DNA from: Halobacteriales archaeon SW_5_70_135
Lineage (GTDB): Archaea > Halobacteriota > Halobacteria > Halobacteriales > SW-7-71-33
Assembly: GCA_003022865.1 (NCBI GenBank)
Contig: PXSK01000021.1
Coordinates: 12,228 to 76,227, forward strand
Direction of reading: 5' to 3'
DNA: 64,000 nucleotides
Positions 10,004 through 19,404 of this stretch are shown piece by piece (within the stretch, counting starts at the first letter, position 1; every line of letters begins with the position of its first letter). The notes beneath the pieces were generated by a model. The model was not told where the DNA came from and searched no databases. It saw nothing but the letters and a program-made list of their open reading frames with translations. The position numbers were made by a program, and so were the translations under genes.

Positions 10004-11564
10004 GTGGAGCACACGCGGACGACCCGCCGGGGGCTGCTCGCGGCGACGACCGGCACGCTCGCGGCGCTGGCCGGCTGTGGCGGCACCGGGTCCGACACGG
10101 CCCCGGACCGGACACCGTTCGACGCGCCGCCGCGGTCGACGACGGCGACGACGGACGAGACGCCGGACGACCGGCCGGAGAACCTCGTCCCGGCCGGCGA
10201 GGACCCGCTGTCCGCCCTCGACCTCCGGCGGGCGATCACCGGGTCGCTCGACGCGCGGCGGTACGTCCTCGCGGCGGCACCGTTCTCGCAGGCACCGGAC
10301 GGAACGCGCCTGACCGCCGGGTTCGTCAGGGGTCCGTCCCGGACCGGACCCGCCCGGATCGCCGTCGCCGTCACCGCGGCGAACCGCGGGCGGACCGTCG
10401 AGTTCGGCCCCACACCGCCGTTCTCGGCGTATCGGGCGACGCCCGTGGTCTCCCGGGTGAGGCGGACCCCCCGGGAGCCGCCCGACGCGCGCTACCTGCT
10501 CACGCCGGTCGACCGCTCGCCGTACGGCGACCTGACGCCGCCGGCACCGACCGACCGCGGCTGGGTCGCGACCGCCGACCCCGGGACGCCGGAGCGGCCG
10601 GCCGAGCGACGGACGGTGACGCTCGCCGCCGACGAGTCCCTCGTCGGACGGTACGACCTGCTCGTCCATCCGGAGGCGACCCCCGGAACGCGGGAAGCCG
10701 TCCAGTTCGACGGCGAAGACTCGCCGACCGCGCTCGGCCTCGGCGTGTACGAGCGAGACGCCGTCGACCGGGAGACGCGAGTCTCAAGGTCCGTCCCGGA
10801 CCTGAACGGCCCGACCCGCTGGTATCACGAGGGCGAGGGCACCGCGTTCGTCCGCCCCGACCGCGAACGGCTCTCGCTCCCCCGGGACCGGACGACCGTC
10901 CGCCTGGAAAATTACTCGTCGCCGTCGGTGGTGGTCGACACCTGGCGGCTGTACAAGCTGGTCGACGGCCGGCCGCGCCGTGTCGGACCCTTCCGGTTCA
11001 TACTGTGGGGTCCGGCGCCGCGGCCGGTCCCGCCCGCCGGCACCGTCTCGACGGAACTGGTCGTCGACGCCCGCACCGACGGTCGCCGCCCGCCGGGGCG
11101 GCTCGACGCCGAGTCGCTCGTGCTCGGGCCCGGCACATACGCCGTCGAGTACGGCGCCCGCTCGTCCGGCAGGGTGCCGCCGGGCACGCCGCTGTACGTC
11201 GACGGGGACGGCGAGACCGCCCGGTCGCCGGCGACGGTGGACGGCGACGGCGAGACGGTCGACCCGACGACGAGATACGCCGCCCTGTTCACCGTCGCGG
11301 GCGAGCGGCCGCCGCTCGTCCCGACCGACGACGTCGAGCGGGTCGACCGCGACGGAGCCACGGTGACCGTCAGGGTCGAGAGCAGGTCGGTCGGTCTGGA
11401 AGCGGACGCGGAGCCGGTCCTCGTCGTCGAGCGCGCCCCGGCCGGACCGACGCCCGGTCCAGTTCCTCGCCGGCGAGGCCGGCGAGGAAGCCGACGGCGC
11501 GGCGACGGCGGTACGGTTCGGCTACCGCGACACGGCGCTGTCGGCGCGGACGGAGGAGGAGTGA
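10004..11564 (+). pseudogene. Tat-exported lipoprotein, frameshifted/deleted near the 3' end
   Basis: TRRGLL..LAALAGC Tat/lipobox signal; coding character moves to another frame near 11455 (VQFLAGE...VRFGYRDTALSARTEEE*, stop 11562-11564). Confidence 0.65.
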
Positions 11565-11571
11565 GTCGCCG

Positions 11572-12027
11572 TCAGGAGCCGGCGTCGACGCCGTCGGTCG
11601 CGTCCGTGTCGGCGTCGCGCTCCTCCGCGAGCACGGCCCGGACGAGCCAGGCCTGCACCCGCTCGCGGTCGGTCGCCTCAGACCCGGTCTCACGGGCGCG
11701 GTCGAGCAGGCGCCGCTCCACCGGCCCGTGGTCGGGCTGCTCGCGCCGGTCGTTCGACAGCGCCTCGAAGTCCGCCCGCAGGTCGAAGTCCGCCCGGGCG
11801 GCGTTGCATCGCCCAAGCGGCGACATGCCCGCGTCGAGCACCAGGTCGCGGACGGTCGCCCAGTCCTCCGCACAGAAGTGTACCGACACCTCGCCCTCGA
11901 CGTCCCGCCAGGCGATCGGCCCCGAGTGCTTCATCCGAGGGATCGCCCGCGGCGGCAGGTCGACCCGCGTCGCCGTCTCCTCGCGACCGCAGAGACAGCA
12001 CGGCTCGCCCGTCTTGCCCGTGTACAC
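11572..12027 (-). CDS. Conserved haloarchaeal Cys-rich hypothetical protein
   Basis: VYTGKTGEPCCLCG...HFC...RC, possible Zn ligands. Confidence 0.7.
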   Translation of the reverse strand: MYTGKTGEPCCLCGREETATRVDLPPRAIPRMKHSGPIAWRDVEGEVSVHFCAEDWATVRDLVLDAGMSPLGRCNAARADFDLRADFEALSNDRREQPDHGPVERRLLDRARETGSEATDRERVQAWLVRAVLAEERDADTDATDGVDAGS

Positions 12028-12126
12028 CGACCGCGCTACGGGCCGCCGACCCAAGGGTCCGTCGGCTGCCGCCGACCGGGGTGAGAACGTCACACGGACC
12101 GCCACCGAGACCCAAAGCACTTTACT

Positions 12127-12146
12127 CCTAATTACATCTTATTAGG
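12127..12146. promoter_or_regulatory. Palindromic putative operator CCTAAT-N8-ATTAGG upstream of the PAPS-reductase-family gene
   Basis: Perfect 6-bp inverted repeat in an AT-rich patch ending 2 bp before ATG 12149. Confidence 0.45.
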
Positions 12147-12148
12147 GG

Positions 12149-13120
12149 ATGGCCAGTCGACAGGCGTTCCCCGACTACGTCGAGGTGGACTACGAGGCCG
12201 GCGCCGGCGAGGACCCGGAAGACTACCCCGGCACCGCCCGGAAGATAGAGAAGGCGATCGAGGTCGTCCACGAGGGGCTGACCGAGTACGAGCGCCCCGC
12301 GGTGATGTGGACCGGCGGCAAGGACTCGACGCTGACATTGTACCTGGTGAAGGAGGTCGTCGAGGAGTACGACCTCGCGATGCCGCCGACGGTGTTCATC
12401 GACCACTTCCAGCACTTCGAGGAGCTGCTTTCGTTCGTCGACCGCTGGGCCGACCGCTGGGACCTGGAGGTGCTGTTCGCCCGTAACGACGACGTCGGCG
12501 ACTACGTCGACGCTCACGGTCTCGACCCGGGCGACGAGATCCCCGTCGACGAGCTCTCCGGGCACAACCGACACCACGTCCGCGAGATCCTGGAGTACGA
12601 GGAGGACACGTTCCCGTTCCTGCTCGACACCTACGTCGGCAACCACCTGCTGAAGACCGTCGCCCTGAACCGCACCCTCGAAGCCGAGGACATCGACGGC
12701 ATCGTCTCCGGCATCCGCTGGGACGAGCAGGAGGCCCGCGCCGACGAGACGTTCTTCTCGCCGCGACACGACCCGGACGTCTACCCGCCCCACGACCGGG
12801 TACAGCCCATACTGCAGTTCGCCGAGGCCGACGTCTGGGGCGCCTTCTGGTCCTACGTCGTCCCCGAGTCCGTCCCCGACTACCCCGAGGGCCACGTCCC
12901 ACAGGACTACGATGACCTTCCTGACGGCGTGACCCACGCCGATCTGCCGATCTCCCCGAAGTACTTCGAGGGCTACCGCTCGCTCGGCAGCGAAATCTCG
13001 ACCGAGCGCAGCGACCAGAAGCCCGCCTGGCTCCAGGACCTCTCCACCGAGGAACGCGCCGGTCGCGCCCAGGACAAGGAAGACCTCATGGAGCGGCTGC
13101 GCGACCTGGGCTACATGTGA
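12149..13120 (+). CDS. PAPS reductase / sulfate adenylyltransferase small subunit (CysD/CysH family)
   Basis: PP-loop MWTGGKDS, GIRWDEQEAR, RVQPIL, GYRSLG. Confidence 0.85.
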   Translation: MASRQAFPDYVEVDYEAGAGEDPEDYPGTARKIEKAIEVVHEGLTEYERPAVMWTGGKDSTLTLYLVKEVVEEYDLAMPPTVFIDHFQHFEELLSFVDRWADRWDLEVLFARNDDVGDYVDAHGLDPGDEIPVDELSGHNRHHVREILEYEEDTFPFLLDTYVGNHLLKTVALNRTLEAEDIDGIVSGIRWDEQEARADETFFSPRHDPDVYPPHDRVQPILQFAEADVWGAFWSYVVPESVPDYPEGHVPQDYDDLPDGVTHADLPISPKYFEGYRSLGSEISTERSDQKPAWLQDLSTEERAGRAQDKEDLMERLRDLGYM

Positions 13121-13183
13121 CCCGAGTCACCCTCGCGCTCGCGTTCCTGTTCGCCCTCGGCGCTCCGCGGCGCTGAGTACGCG

Positions 13184-13258
13184 TTTCGCGCACAAACCAC
13201 CCGAGTTCTGGAACACAGCGTGTGAGAACGGCGCTCGGAGCCGGGTTTGCGCGCGAAA
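13184..13258. repeat. Long imperfect inverted repeat between convergent genes
   Basis: TTTCGCGCACAAACC (13184-13198) / GGTTTGCGCGCGAAA (13244-13258), with inner CCGAG/CTCGG pairing. Confidence 0.65.
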
Positions 13259-13284
13259 GCGCCGATTTGCGCGTGAAAGTGCGG

Positions 13285-15117
13285 TCAGTATGAGCGGGCC
13301 GTCGGCTCGTACTCCTTGTCCTCACCGTCCAGAATGACGGGGCGGTACCAGATCTCCGGCGTTCCGTCGTCCCACGAGAGCAGCGTGTGCTTGAGCCACT
13401 CCTCGTCGCGCCGTTTCTGGTGTTCGGCGCGCCAGTGAGCGCCACGGGATTCCTCGCGGGCGAGCGCGCCCAGCGTGATCGCCTCGGCGAGGTCGATGAG
13501 GTTGCGCGTCTCGACCGTGTGGATAAGGTCGGTGTTGAACGTCCGGGAGGGGTCCTCAACGGTGACGTCCTGGTAGAGCTCGCGGGCCTCGCGGATCTCC
13601 CGCAGAGCCTCCTTCAGGCCCTCTTCCTTGCGGAAGACGTTGACGTACTCGGTCATCGCCGTCCGGATCTGCTGGCGGATCTCGGCGTGGTCGACGCCGT
13701 CGTCCTTTTCGAGCAGACGCTCGACGCGGTCGCGCTCCTCGCGGACGGTCGCCTCGACGACGGCGGCCGGCTCCTCGACGGCTACGCCGCCGTCGGCGGC
13801 GACGTCGCCGGTCGCGTCGACCGCGCCCGGCGTCACCGGCGTGTCGAGTCGACCGGTCTCGTACTCGCCGCGTTGACCGGTCTCGATCTCGGCGGCCTTC
13901 ATGTCGCGCCCGGCGGCGTGGTGGCCCGCCCGTTTGCCGAAGACGATCAGCTCCGGCAGGGCGTTGCCGCCCAGCCGGTTCGAGCCGTGCACCGAGACAC
14001 AGGCACACTCGCCGGCGGCGTACAGCCCCTCGACGGCGGTCTCGCCGTTCTCGTCGGTCTCGATGCCGCCCATCTCGTAGTGCTGGCCCGGCTTTACCGG
14101 CACGGGCTTCTCCAGCGGGTCCACCCCCTCGAAGTCCTCCGAGAGGTGGACGATGTTTTCGAGGCGGTCGAGGATGCGCTCTTCGCCGAGGTGACGCATG
14201 TCAAGCAGCACGTGGTCGTCCTCGAAGCCGCGGCCCTCGTCGATCTCGGTGAGTTCGGCCCGGGAGACCACGTCACGCGAGGCGAGTTCGCCGTCGTTGT
14301 TCGCGTAGCCGCGTTCGTACATGAACCGCTCGCCCTCGCTGTTGTAGAGGACGCCGCCCTCGCCGCGGACGCCCTCGGTGATCAGCACGCCCGTCGAGGG
14401 TAGCGTGGTGGGGTGGAACTGGACGAACTCCATGTCCTCCAGGGGGACGCCGGCGCGGTAGGCCATCGCGTAGCCGTCGCCGGTGTTGGCGACGGCGTTG
14501 GTGGTGTGGTCGTACACCTGGCCCAGGCCGCCGGTGGCGAGAACGACACCCTGCCGGGCGTGAAAGCCCTCGACGGTGCCGGTCTCGATGTCGTAGCCGA
14601 CGACGCCGTGGCAGGTGCGCTCTGTCGGCTCGGGGTCGTCGGTTACGGCGAGGCGGGTGACGTACCACTCGTCGTACACCTGCACTCCGCGCTTGACCAG
14701 CTGTTCGTACATCGTATGCAGCAGCTGGTGACCGGTCTCGGCGCCGGCGTAGGTCGTCCGCGGGAAGGAGAGCCCGCCGAAGGGGCGCTGGGAGACGCGG
14801 CCATCGTCGTCGCGGGAGAAGGCCATCCCCCAGTGCTCCAGGCGGACGGTGTCCTCGGGGGAGTCCTGCGTGAGCGTCTCGATGGCAGGGGCGTCACCGA
14901 GGTAGTCCGACCCCTTCATCGTGTCGTAGGCGTGGTCCTCCCAGGAGTCGCCCTCGCGCAGCGCGGCGTTGATGCCGCCCTCGGCGGCGCCGGTGTGTGA
15001 CCGAACGGGATGGAGCTTCGAGACGATCGCCACGTCGGCACCCTCCTCCTCGGCGGCGATGGCTGCCCTGAGCCCGGCGCCGCCGGCTCCGACGACGATG
15101 ACGTCGTGCGCTCGCAT
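13285..15117 (-). CDS. sdhA: Succinate dehydrogenase flavoprotein subunit
   Basis: GAGGAG, covalent-FAD motif SHTGAAEGG, QFHPT, HYEMGG, GSNRLGGN, ESRGAH. Confidence 0.92.
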   Translation of the reverse strand: MRAHDVIVVGAGGAGLRAAIAAEEEGADVAIVSKLHPVRSHTGAAEGGINAALREGDSWEDHAYDTMKGSDYLGDAPAIETLTQDSPEDTVRLEHWGMAFSRDDDGRVSQRPFGGLSFPRTTYAGAETGHQLLHTMYEQLVKRGVQVYDEWYVTRLAVTDDPEPTERTCHGVVGYDIETGTVEGFHARQGVVLATGGLGQVYDHTTNAVANTGDGYAMAYRAGVPLEDMEFVQFHPTTLPSTGVLITEGVRGEGGVLYNSEGERFMYERGYANNDGELASRDVVSRAELTEIDEGRGFEDDHVLLDMRHLGEERILDRLENIVHLSEDFEGVDPLEKPVPVKPGQHYEMGGIETDENGETAVEGLYAAGECACVSVHGSNRLGGNALPELIVFGKRAGHHAAGRDMKAAEIETGQRGEYETGRLDTPVTPGAVDATGDVAADGGVAVEEPAAVVEATVREERDRVERLLEKDDGVDHAEIRQQIRTAMTEYVNVFRKEEGLKEALREIREARELYQDVTVEDPSRTFNTDLIHTVETRNLIDLAEAITLGALAREESRGAHWRAEHQKRRDEEWLKHTLLSWDDGTPEIWYRPVILDGEDKEYEPTARSY

Positions 15118-15160
15118 TTCTGCCGGTCGTATCGGTCGGACGAACTTCAACTGTGCGGTA

Positions 15161-15226
15161 GCGCGGAGTCCCCTCCCTACTCGCTCACTTCGCTCGCTCC
15201 TTGAGGAAGGGGAGGAGCGCGTTCAC
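15161..15226. repeat. IS left-end hairpin
   Basis: CCCCTCCCT...AGGAAGGGG stem with internal TCGCTCACTTCGCTC, inversely related to the right-end GTGAGCGAAGTAGGG. Confidence 0.65.
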
Positions 15227-15244
15227 ATCAAATACAGACACCAA

Positions 15245-15252
15245 TTTATAAG
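15245..15252 (+). promoter_or_regulatory. TATA box of tnpB (leaderless)
   Basis: TTTATAAG about 25-32 nt upstream of GTG 15277. Confidence 0.6.
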
Positions 15253-15276
15253 TAGCCTCGTATCTACATTGAAACT

Positions 15277-16533
15277 GTGGCAGACGACTACGTGCATCGG
15301 ACGGCAATCACTCGTCTTGAGGTTACTGACGAGCAACGCGACCTCCTTGAAAAGACTATTTCCGAATGGAAGCGTGGTTGCCAAATCGCCACAGACATCG
15401 CGTGGGGTACGTGCAACGCGAAAAGCGACGTACAGCCCCTCGCCTACGACAATGTGCGCGAACACACCGACCTCGGGAGTCAACACGCGGTTCTCGCCAC
15501 CCACCAAGCCGCTCAGGCCATCATTGGTTGTATCGAACGTCGGTCGAACGGCAAGGAGGTCAGTAAGCCGGCCTTCACCGCACCCACGGTGACGTACGAC
15601 GCCCGGACGATGACGCTGTTCGATGATGATACGGTGTCTCTTTCCACCACGGAGAGCCGTGTCCGGTGTTCGCTTGCTCTGCCCGACGCCGACGATGGCT
15701 ACCAGCGGCAGTATCTCGACCCCGACGAGTGGAGCGTCACAGAAAGTACGCTCACCGCCCGTGACGGCAACTACTTCTTACACATCGGCTTTCGCCGACT
15801 CAAGACCGATACCGAGAGAAACACCGCCGAGGACGGGACGGTTCTCGGGGTTGACCTCGGTATCGAAAACCTCGCCGTCACCAGCACAGCCCGTTTCATC
15901 AACGGGCGAGAGTTAACTCACACACTCCGCGAGTTCGAGAAAGTGCGGGCCGGCCTCCAGCAGACCGGCACCCGAAGTGCCCACCGAACCCTTGAACAGT
16001 CGAGTGGTCGGGAACGTCGCTACGTCCGCGACGTACTCCACCGGGCGTCGAACGCCATCGTAAATGAAGCACTCCGGTACGACTGCGACATAATCGCGTT
16101 CGAGGACCTGACGCACATCCGCGAGCGAACTGGCGCGTCGTGGGGGCATCGGTGGGCGTTCCGAACGCTGTACGAACAGGTGGAGTACAAAGCCGAAGCG
16201 GTTGGAATTGCGGTGAAGCAAGTCGGTTCTGCGTACACGTCGAAGCGATGTGCCGAGTGTGGCTTCACGGCAGACGAGAATCGCCCGACTCGCACTGACT
16301 TCCGGTGTCAGAAGTGCGGGGTGGAAGCAAACACGGACTACAACGCGGCGAAAAACATCGGTCTGCGGTATGTCCGCCGGGGTCAACAGTCGTCTCGGCG
16401 GACGGGCAACAGTCAACTTGCCCTAAAGTCCGGAACAGTGACGCCGAGTGGCGGATTTACCGCCCACCCAGACGGGTTCGAAGCCGAGTTCATGGACAAG
16501 CCCCACCCTCCACGAGCGAACCCCTCCGGGTGA
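15277..16533 (+). CDS. tnpB: RNA-guided endonuclease TnpB
   Basis: RuvC-I VLGVDLG, RuvC-II IAFEDL, Zn ribbon CAEC/CQKC, RuvC-III NTDYNAAKNI. Confidence 0.95.
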   Translation: MADDYVHRTAITRLEVTDEQRDLLEKTISEWKRGCQIATDIAWGTCNAKSDVQPLAYDNVREHTDLGSQHAVLATHQAAQAIIGCIERRSNGKEVSKPAFTAPTVTYDARTMTLFDDDTVSLSTTESRVRCSLALPDADDGYQRQYLDPDEWSVTESTLTARDGNYFLHIGFRRLKTDTERNTAEDGTVLGVDLGIENLAVTSTARFINGRELTHTLREFEKVRAGLQQTGTRSAHRTLEQSSGRERRYVRDVLHRASNAIVNEALRYDCDIIAFEDLTHIRERTGASWGHRWAFRTLYEQVEYKAEAVGIAVKQVGSAYTSKRCAECGFTADENRPTRTDFRCQKCGVEANTDYNAAKNIGLRYVRRGQQSSRRTGNSQLALKSGTVTPSGGFTAHPDGFEAEFMDKPHPPRANPSG

Positions 16534-16577
16534 GCGAAGTAGGGTGGGGTAGTTGACCCCTCGCTCTCCCGTGAGCG
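16380..16577 (+). ncRNA. Predicted omegaRNA/sotRNA (right-end guide RNA) overlapping the tnpB 3' end
   Basis: Known architecture of haloarchaeal IS1341 tnpB; terminal stem CCCCACCCT/AGGGTGGGG then TAGTTGAC and flank-derived guide; boundaries approximate. Confidence 0.6.
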
Positions 16578-16606
16578 AGCCCGGACGGGAGCCCGGTCGC
16601 GGCGAG

Positions 16607-17347
16607 TCAGACCGGCAGGAACTCCCGCAGCGTCCTTGCGTACAGTCCGGGCATACGGCGCCGTGACCCCCGCAGCGCGTTGCGGAGCGCACCGGTCGCG
16701 TCCTCGGAGACGCCCTCGCCGTGACCGACCAGCACGCGGTCCGGTGCGAGGTCGCCGAGCGTGCTCCGCGGCGGCAGTGCCCGGCGCGCGGGGTGAACGC
16801 CCAGACGCTCGCCGTCGGCGAGGAAGTACGACGAGGTCCCCACAGACTCGGGGACGACCAGCGTCGACCTCTCGCCGTCGCCGGTCGGACCGGTCCGGGC
16901 CTCGGGGTCGAGTGTCGGCGCCGGGGCTTCCGGGCCGTCGTAGAGAGCGACCTCCTTCCAGACGGGCTGGTCGACGACCGGGATCGCCCGGTAGCCCGTG
17001 CCGGGGAGGTAGTCGTCGAAGTACTCGACGGGAACGCCGTCGGGGGCGGCACGCTTCATCCAGCGCGGGACGTAGACCGGGACGTCGTGTCGCCGAGCGA
17101 AGGCCGCGGCGTCGCGAGTGTGCCGGTCCAGCCCGACGACGACGCCGACCACCTCTCCCAGGTCGGCGTACACCGCCTCGACGTCGGCGGCGTCGACGGG
17201 GTCGACCAGCCACACCTCACCGTCGACCGCGAGGGCGTGACTCGTCCGCCGCATCGTCTCGTCGGGGTGTGCGATCCAGCCGACCCCGTCCTCCCACTGG
17301 TCCACCACGCGTGGGTCGCCGCCAGGACCGCTCTCCTTCAGTGTCAT
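16607..17347 (-). CDS. Conserved haloarchaeal protein with metallo-beta-lactamase-like fold
   Basis: GWIAHPDETMRRTSHAL, LVDPVD, LDRHTRD, LVGHG. Confidence 0.7.
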   Translation of the reverse strand: MTLKESGPGGDPRVVDQWEDGVGWIAHPDETMRRTSHALAVDGEVWLVDPVDAADVEAVYADLGEVVGVVVGLDRHTRDAAAFARRHDVPVYVPRWMKRAAPDGVPVEYFDDYLPGTGYRAIPVVDQPVWKEVALYDGPEAPAPTLDPEARTGPTGDGERSTLVVPESVGTSSYFLADGERLGVHPARRALPPRSTLGDLAPDRVLVGHGEGVSEDATGALRNALRGSRRRMPGLYARTLREFLPV

Positions 17348-17398
17348 ACCGGAGCGACGAGGGGAACGGCTAAAACTCCCGCGCACCGGGATCGCGGC

Positions 17399-18181
17399 GT
17401 GCTCAGTCGACTCCGCTGGCTCGGGCTGGAGACCGTCGCCCTGGAGACCGCCCGTGCGTTCTACGATCCGCTCGTTCCCGACCGCGTCGACGAGGTCGAT
17501 CCCGCCGTCGCGGCGTTGGGAGGCGTCGAGACCGACGCGACCGACGAGAACGAAAGGGGCAGGACTACGAGAGCCGCCGACGGCGAGGCGCTGGTCTACC
17601 GTGTCGGCGGCGGCGACCCGGCGACGCGGCTGGTGCTCCGTCGACCCCGCTCCGTGCCGCGGGGTGGACTGCACACCCACTACGCGCTGTCCGTGCCCCG
17701 CGAGGAGTACGACGACTGGCGCGCACACCTCGCCGCCGACCACCCCGTCGCGGAGCACGACTTCGGCTCGATGCGGTCGCTGTACGTCTCCGATCCCGAC
17801 GGTAACTGCGTCGAACTCGCCGGCGTCGACGTCGACGGCCCCGGGGTGGACGGCGTCTTCGAGGTCGTCCTCGAAGTGCGAGACCTGCGGCGGGCGCGGG
17901 CCTTCTACGAGACCTGGGGGTACGGGGTCGTCGACGAGGGAGCGCACCGTCTGCGACTGTCGGGTCCGGGCGCGACCCCCGACCTGGAACTGTGGGAGCC
18001 ACGCCTGGGCATCGCCGACGCCCGCGGCGGCGTCCACGTCGGTCTCGGGGTCGGGACGCCCGACCCGGCCGCGGCCGCGTCGACGGTGCGGGACCGCGCC
18101 CGTCTCGTCGAGCGCCACGGCGAGACCCGACGGGTCGTCGACCCCGACGGTCACCACGTCACGCTGGTCGCCGAGGGCTGA
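17399..18181 (+). CDS. VOC/glyoxalase family protein (two domains)
   Basis: GGLHTHYA, SLYVSDPDGNCVEL, GGVHV, VVDPDGH. Confidence 0.85.
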   Translation: MLSRLRWLGLETVALETARAFYDPLVPDRVDEVDPAVAALGGVETDATDENERGRTTRAADGEALVYRVGGGDPATRLVLRRPRSVPRGGLHTHYALSVPREEYDDWRAHLAADHPVAEHDFGSMRSLYVSDPDGNCVELAGVDVDGPGVDGVFEVVLEVRDLRRARAFYETWGYGVVDEGAHRLRLSGPGATPDLELWEPRLGIADARGGVHVGLGVGTPDPAAAASTVRDRARLVERHGETRRVVDPDGHHVTLVAEG

Positions 18182-18239
18182 GGGCGGCGAGATCCGGCGG
18201 CGACCGGGGATTTATGTCTCGCAGCGTCGGAGCGAAGGT

Positions 18240-19397
18240 ATGGACGACGACGCGGGCGGGGCGCCGACACGGACACGACGTCGCTTTCTCGGGGCGGTCG
18301 GCGCGACCGCCGCGTTCGGACTCGCCGGCTGTGCCGAGCGGTCCAGGCGACCGAGCGGAAAGACGCTGACCGAGGTCGAGGCGACCACGTACGCGCGCGA
18401 CGTGGGCGAGGCGAACGACCAGGGGACGAGTGCGTACACCGACGTCTACCGGGCGACGATCGACTCCGTCGCGCTGGTCCGCTCGTACCGGGCCACCGGT
18501 GCCGGCACCGGCTCCGCCTTCGTCTACGACGACGAGCATCTCGTCACCAACCAGCACGTCGTCGAGGACGCCGAGGACATCGAGGTGCGGTTCGCCCGCG
18601 GCGACTGGCGCGACGGCGAGGTCGTCGGGACCGACGTGTACAGCGACCTGGCGGTCGTCCGCGTCGAGGAGGGTCCGGACTACGCCACGCCGCTCGACCT
18701 CGTCGAGTCGGACCCGCCGATCGGCGCCGAGGTGGTCGCGCTGGGCAACCCGTTCGGTCTCGGCGAGTCCGTCTCCGCCGGCATCGTCAGCGGCGTCGAC
18801 CGCTCGCTGCCCTCCGTGAACGACTTCGTCATCGCCGACACGGTCCAGACCGACGCCGCCGCGAACCCCGGCAACTCCGGCGGCCCGCTGGTCACGCTCA
18901 ACGGCCGGGTCGTCGGCGTGGTCACCGCCGGTCGGGGCAACGACGTCAACTTCGCCGTGTCGGCGGCACTCGTACGCCGAGTCGTCCCCGCGCTGCTCGA
19001 AGACGGCTCCTACGAGCACTCCTACGTCGGCATCGGACTTACGAGTGTGACGCCGACGATCGCCGAGGCGAACGACCTGGAGGCGGTCCGCGGCGTGCTC
19101 GTCGTCGAGGTCGTCGAGGACGGCCCCAGCGACGGCGTCCTCCAGGGCTCGCCGGACTCGTCGACCGTCAACGGTCAGCGGGTACCCGTCGGCGGCGACG
19201 TCATCTCGGAGATGGCCGGCCGGTCGATCCCGACGCAGGACGCCCTGTCGACGTTTCTCGCGCTGAACACGAGTCCCGGCGACACCGTCCCCACCGTCGT
19301 CCTCAGGGACGGCGAGCGCGTGGAGGTGGACATCGAACTCGGTGTCCGTCCGGACCCGGACGCCGCGCTCGTCCCCGGCGACGGACTGTTCCGGTAG
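18240..19397 (+). CDS. htrA: HtrA/DegP-like S1C serine protease with PDZ, Tat lipoprotein
   Basis: RRRFL..LAGC signal; triad TNQHVV, SDLAV, NPGNSGGPL; C-terminal PDZ. Confidence 0.9.
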   Translation: MDDDAGGAPTRTRRRFLGAVGATAAFGLAGCAERSRRPSGKTLTEVEATTYARDVGEANDQGTSAYTDVYRATIDSVALVRSYRATGAGTGSAFVYDDEHLVTNQHVVEDAEDIEVRFARGDWRDGEVVGTDVYSDLAVVRVEEGPDYATPLDLVESDPPIGAEVVALGNPFGLGESVSAGIVSGVDRSLPSVNDFVIADTVQTDAAANPGNSGGPLVTLNGRVVGVVTAGRGNDVNFAVSAALVRRVVPALLEDGSYEHSYVGIGLTSVTPTIAEANDLEAVRGVLVVEVVEDGPSDGVLQGSPDSSTVNGQRVPVGGDVISEMAGRSIPTQDALSTFLALNTSPGDTVPTVVLRDGERVEVDIELGVRPDPDAALVPGDGLFR

Positions 19398-19404
19398 CCG
19401 ACGT

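Larger units (their letters stand above)
15151..16557 (+). mobile_element. IS200/IS605-family (IS1341-type, tnpB-only) insertion sequence
   Basis: Lower GC than flanks, sub-terminal hairpins at both ends, right end GGGTGGGGTAGTTGAC, no tnpA; left boundary inferred after TTCAA. Confidence 0.8.

Noticed and set aside
8795-12145. 1116-aa ORF as one giant novel protein
   Set aside because: It is a chimera: antisense shadow of the creatininase gene, then the real Tat lipoprotein from 10004, then frameshift read-through antisense to the next gene
15277-16533. TnpB as a nuclease-dead, domesticated regulator (TldR-like) or a Cas12f
   Set aside because: All RuvC catalytic residues are present, IS end hairpins are intact and there is no CRISPR array
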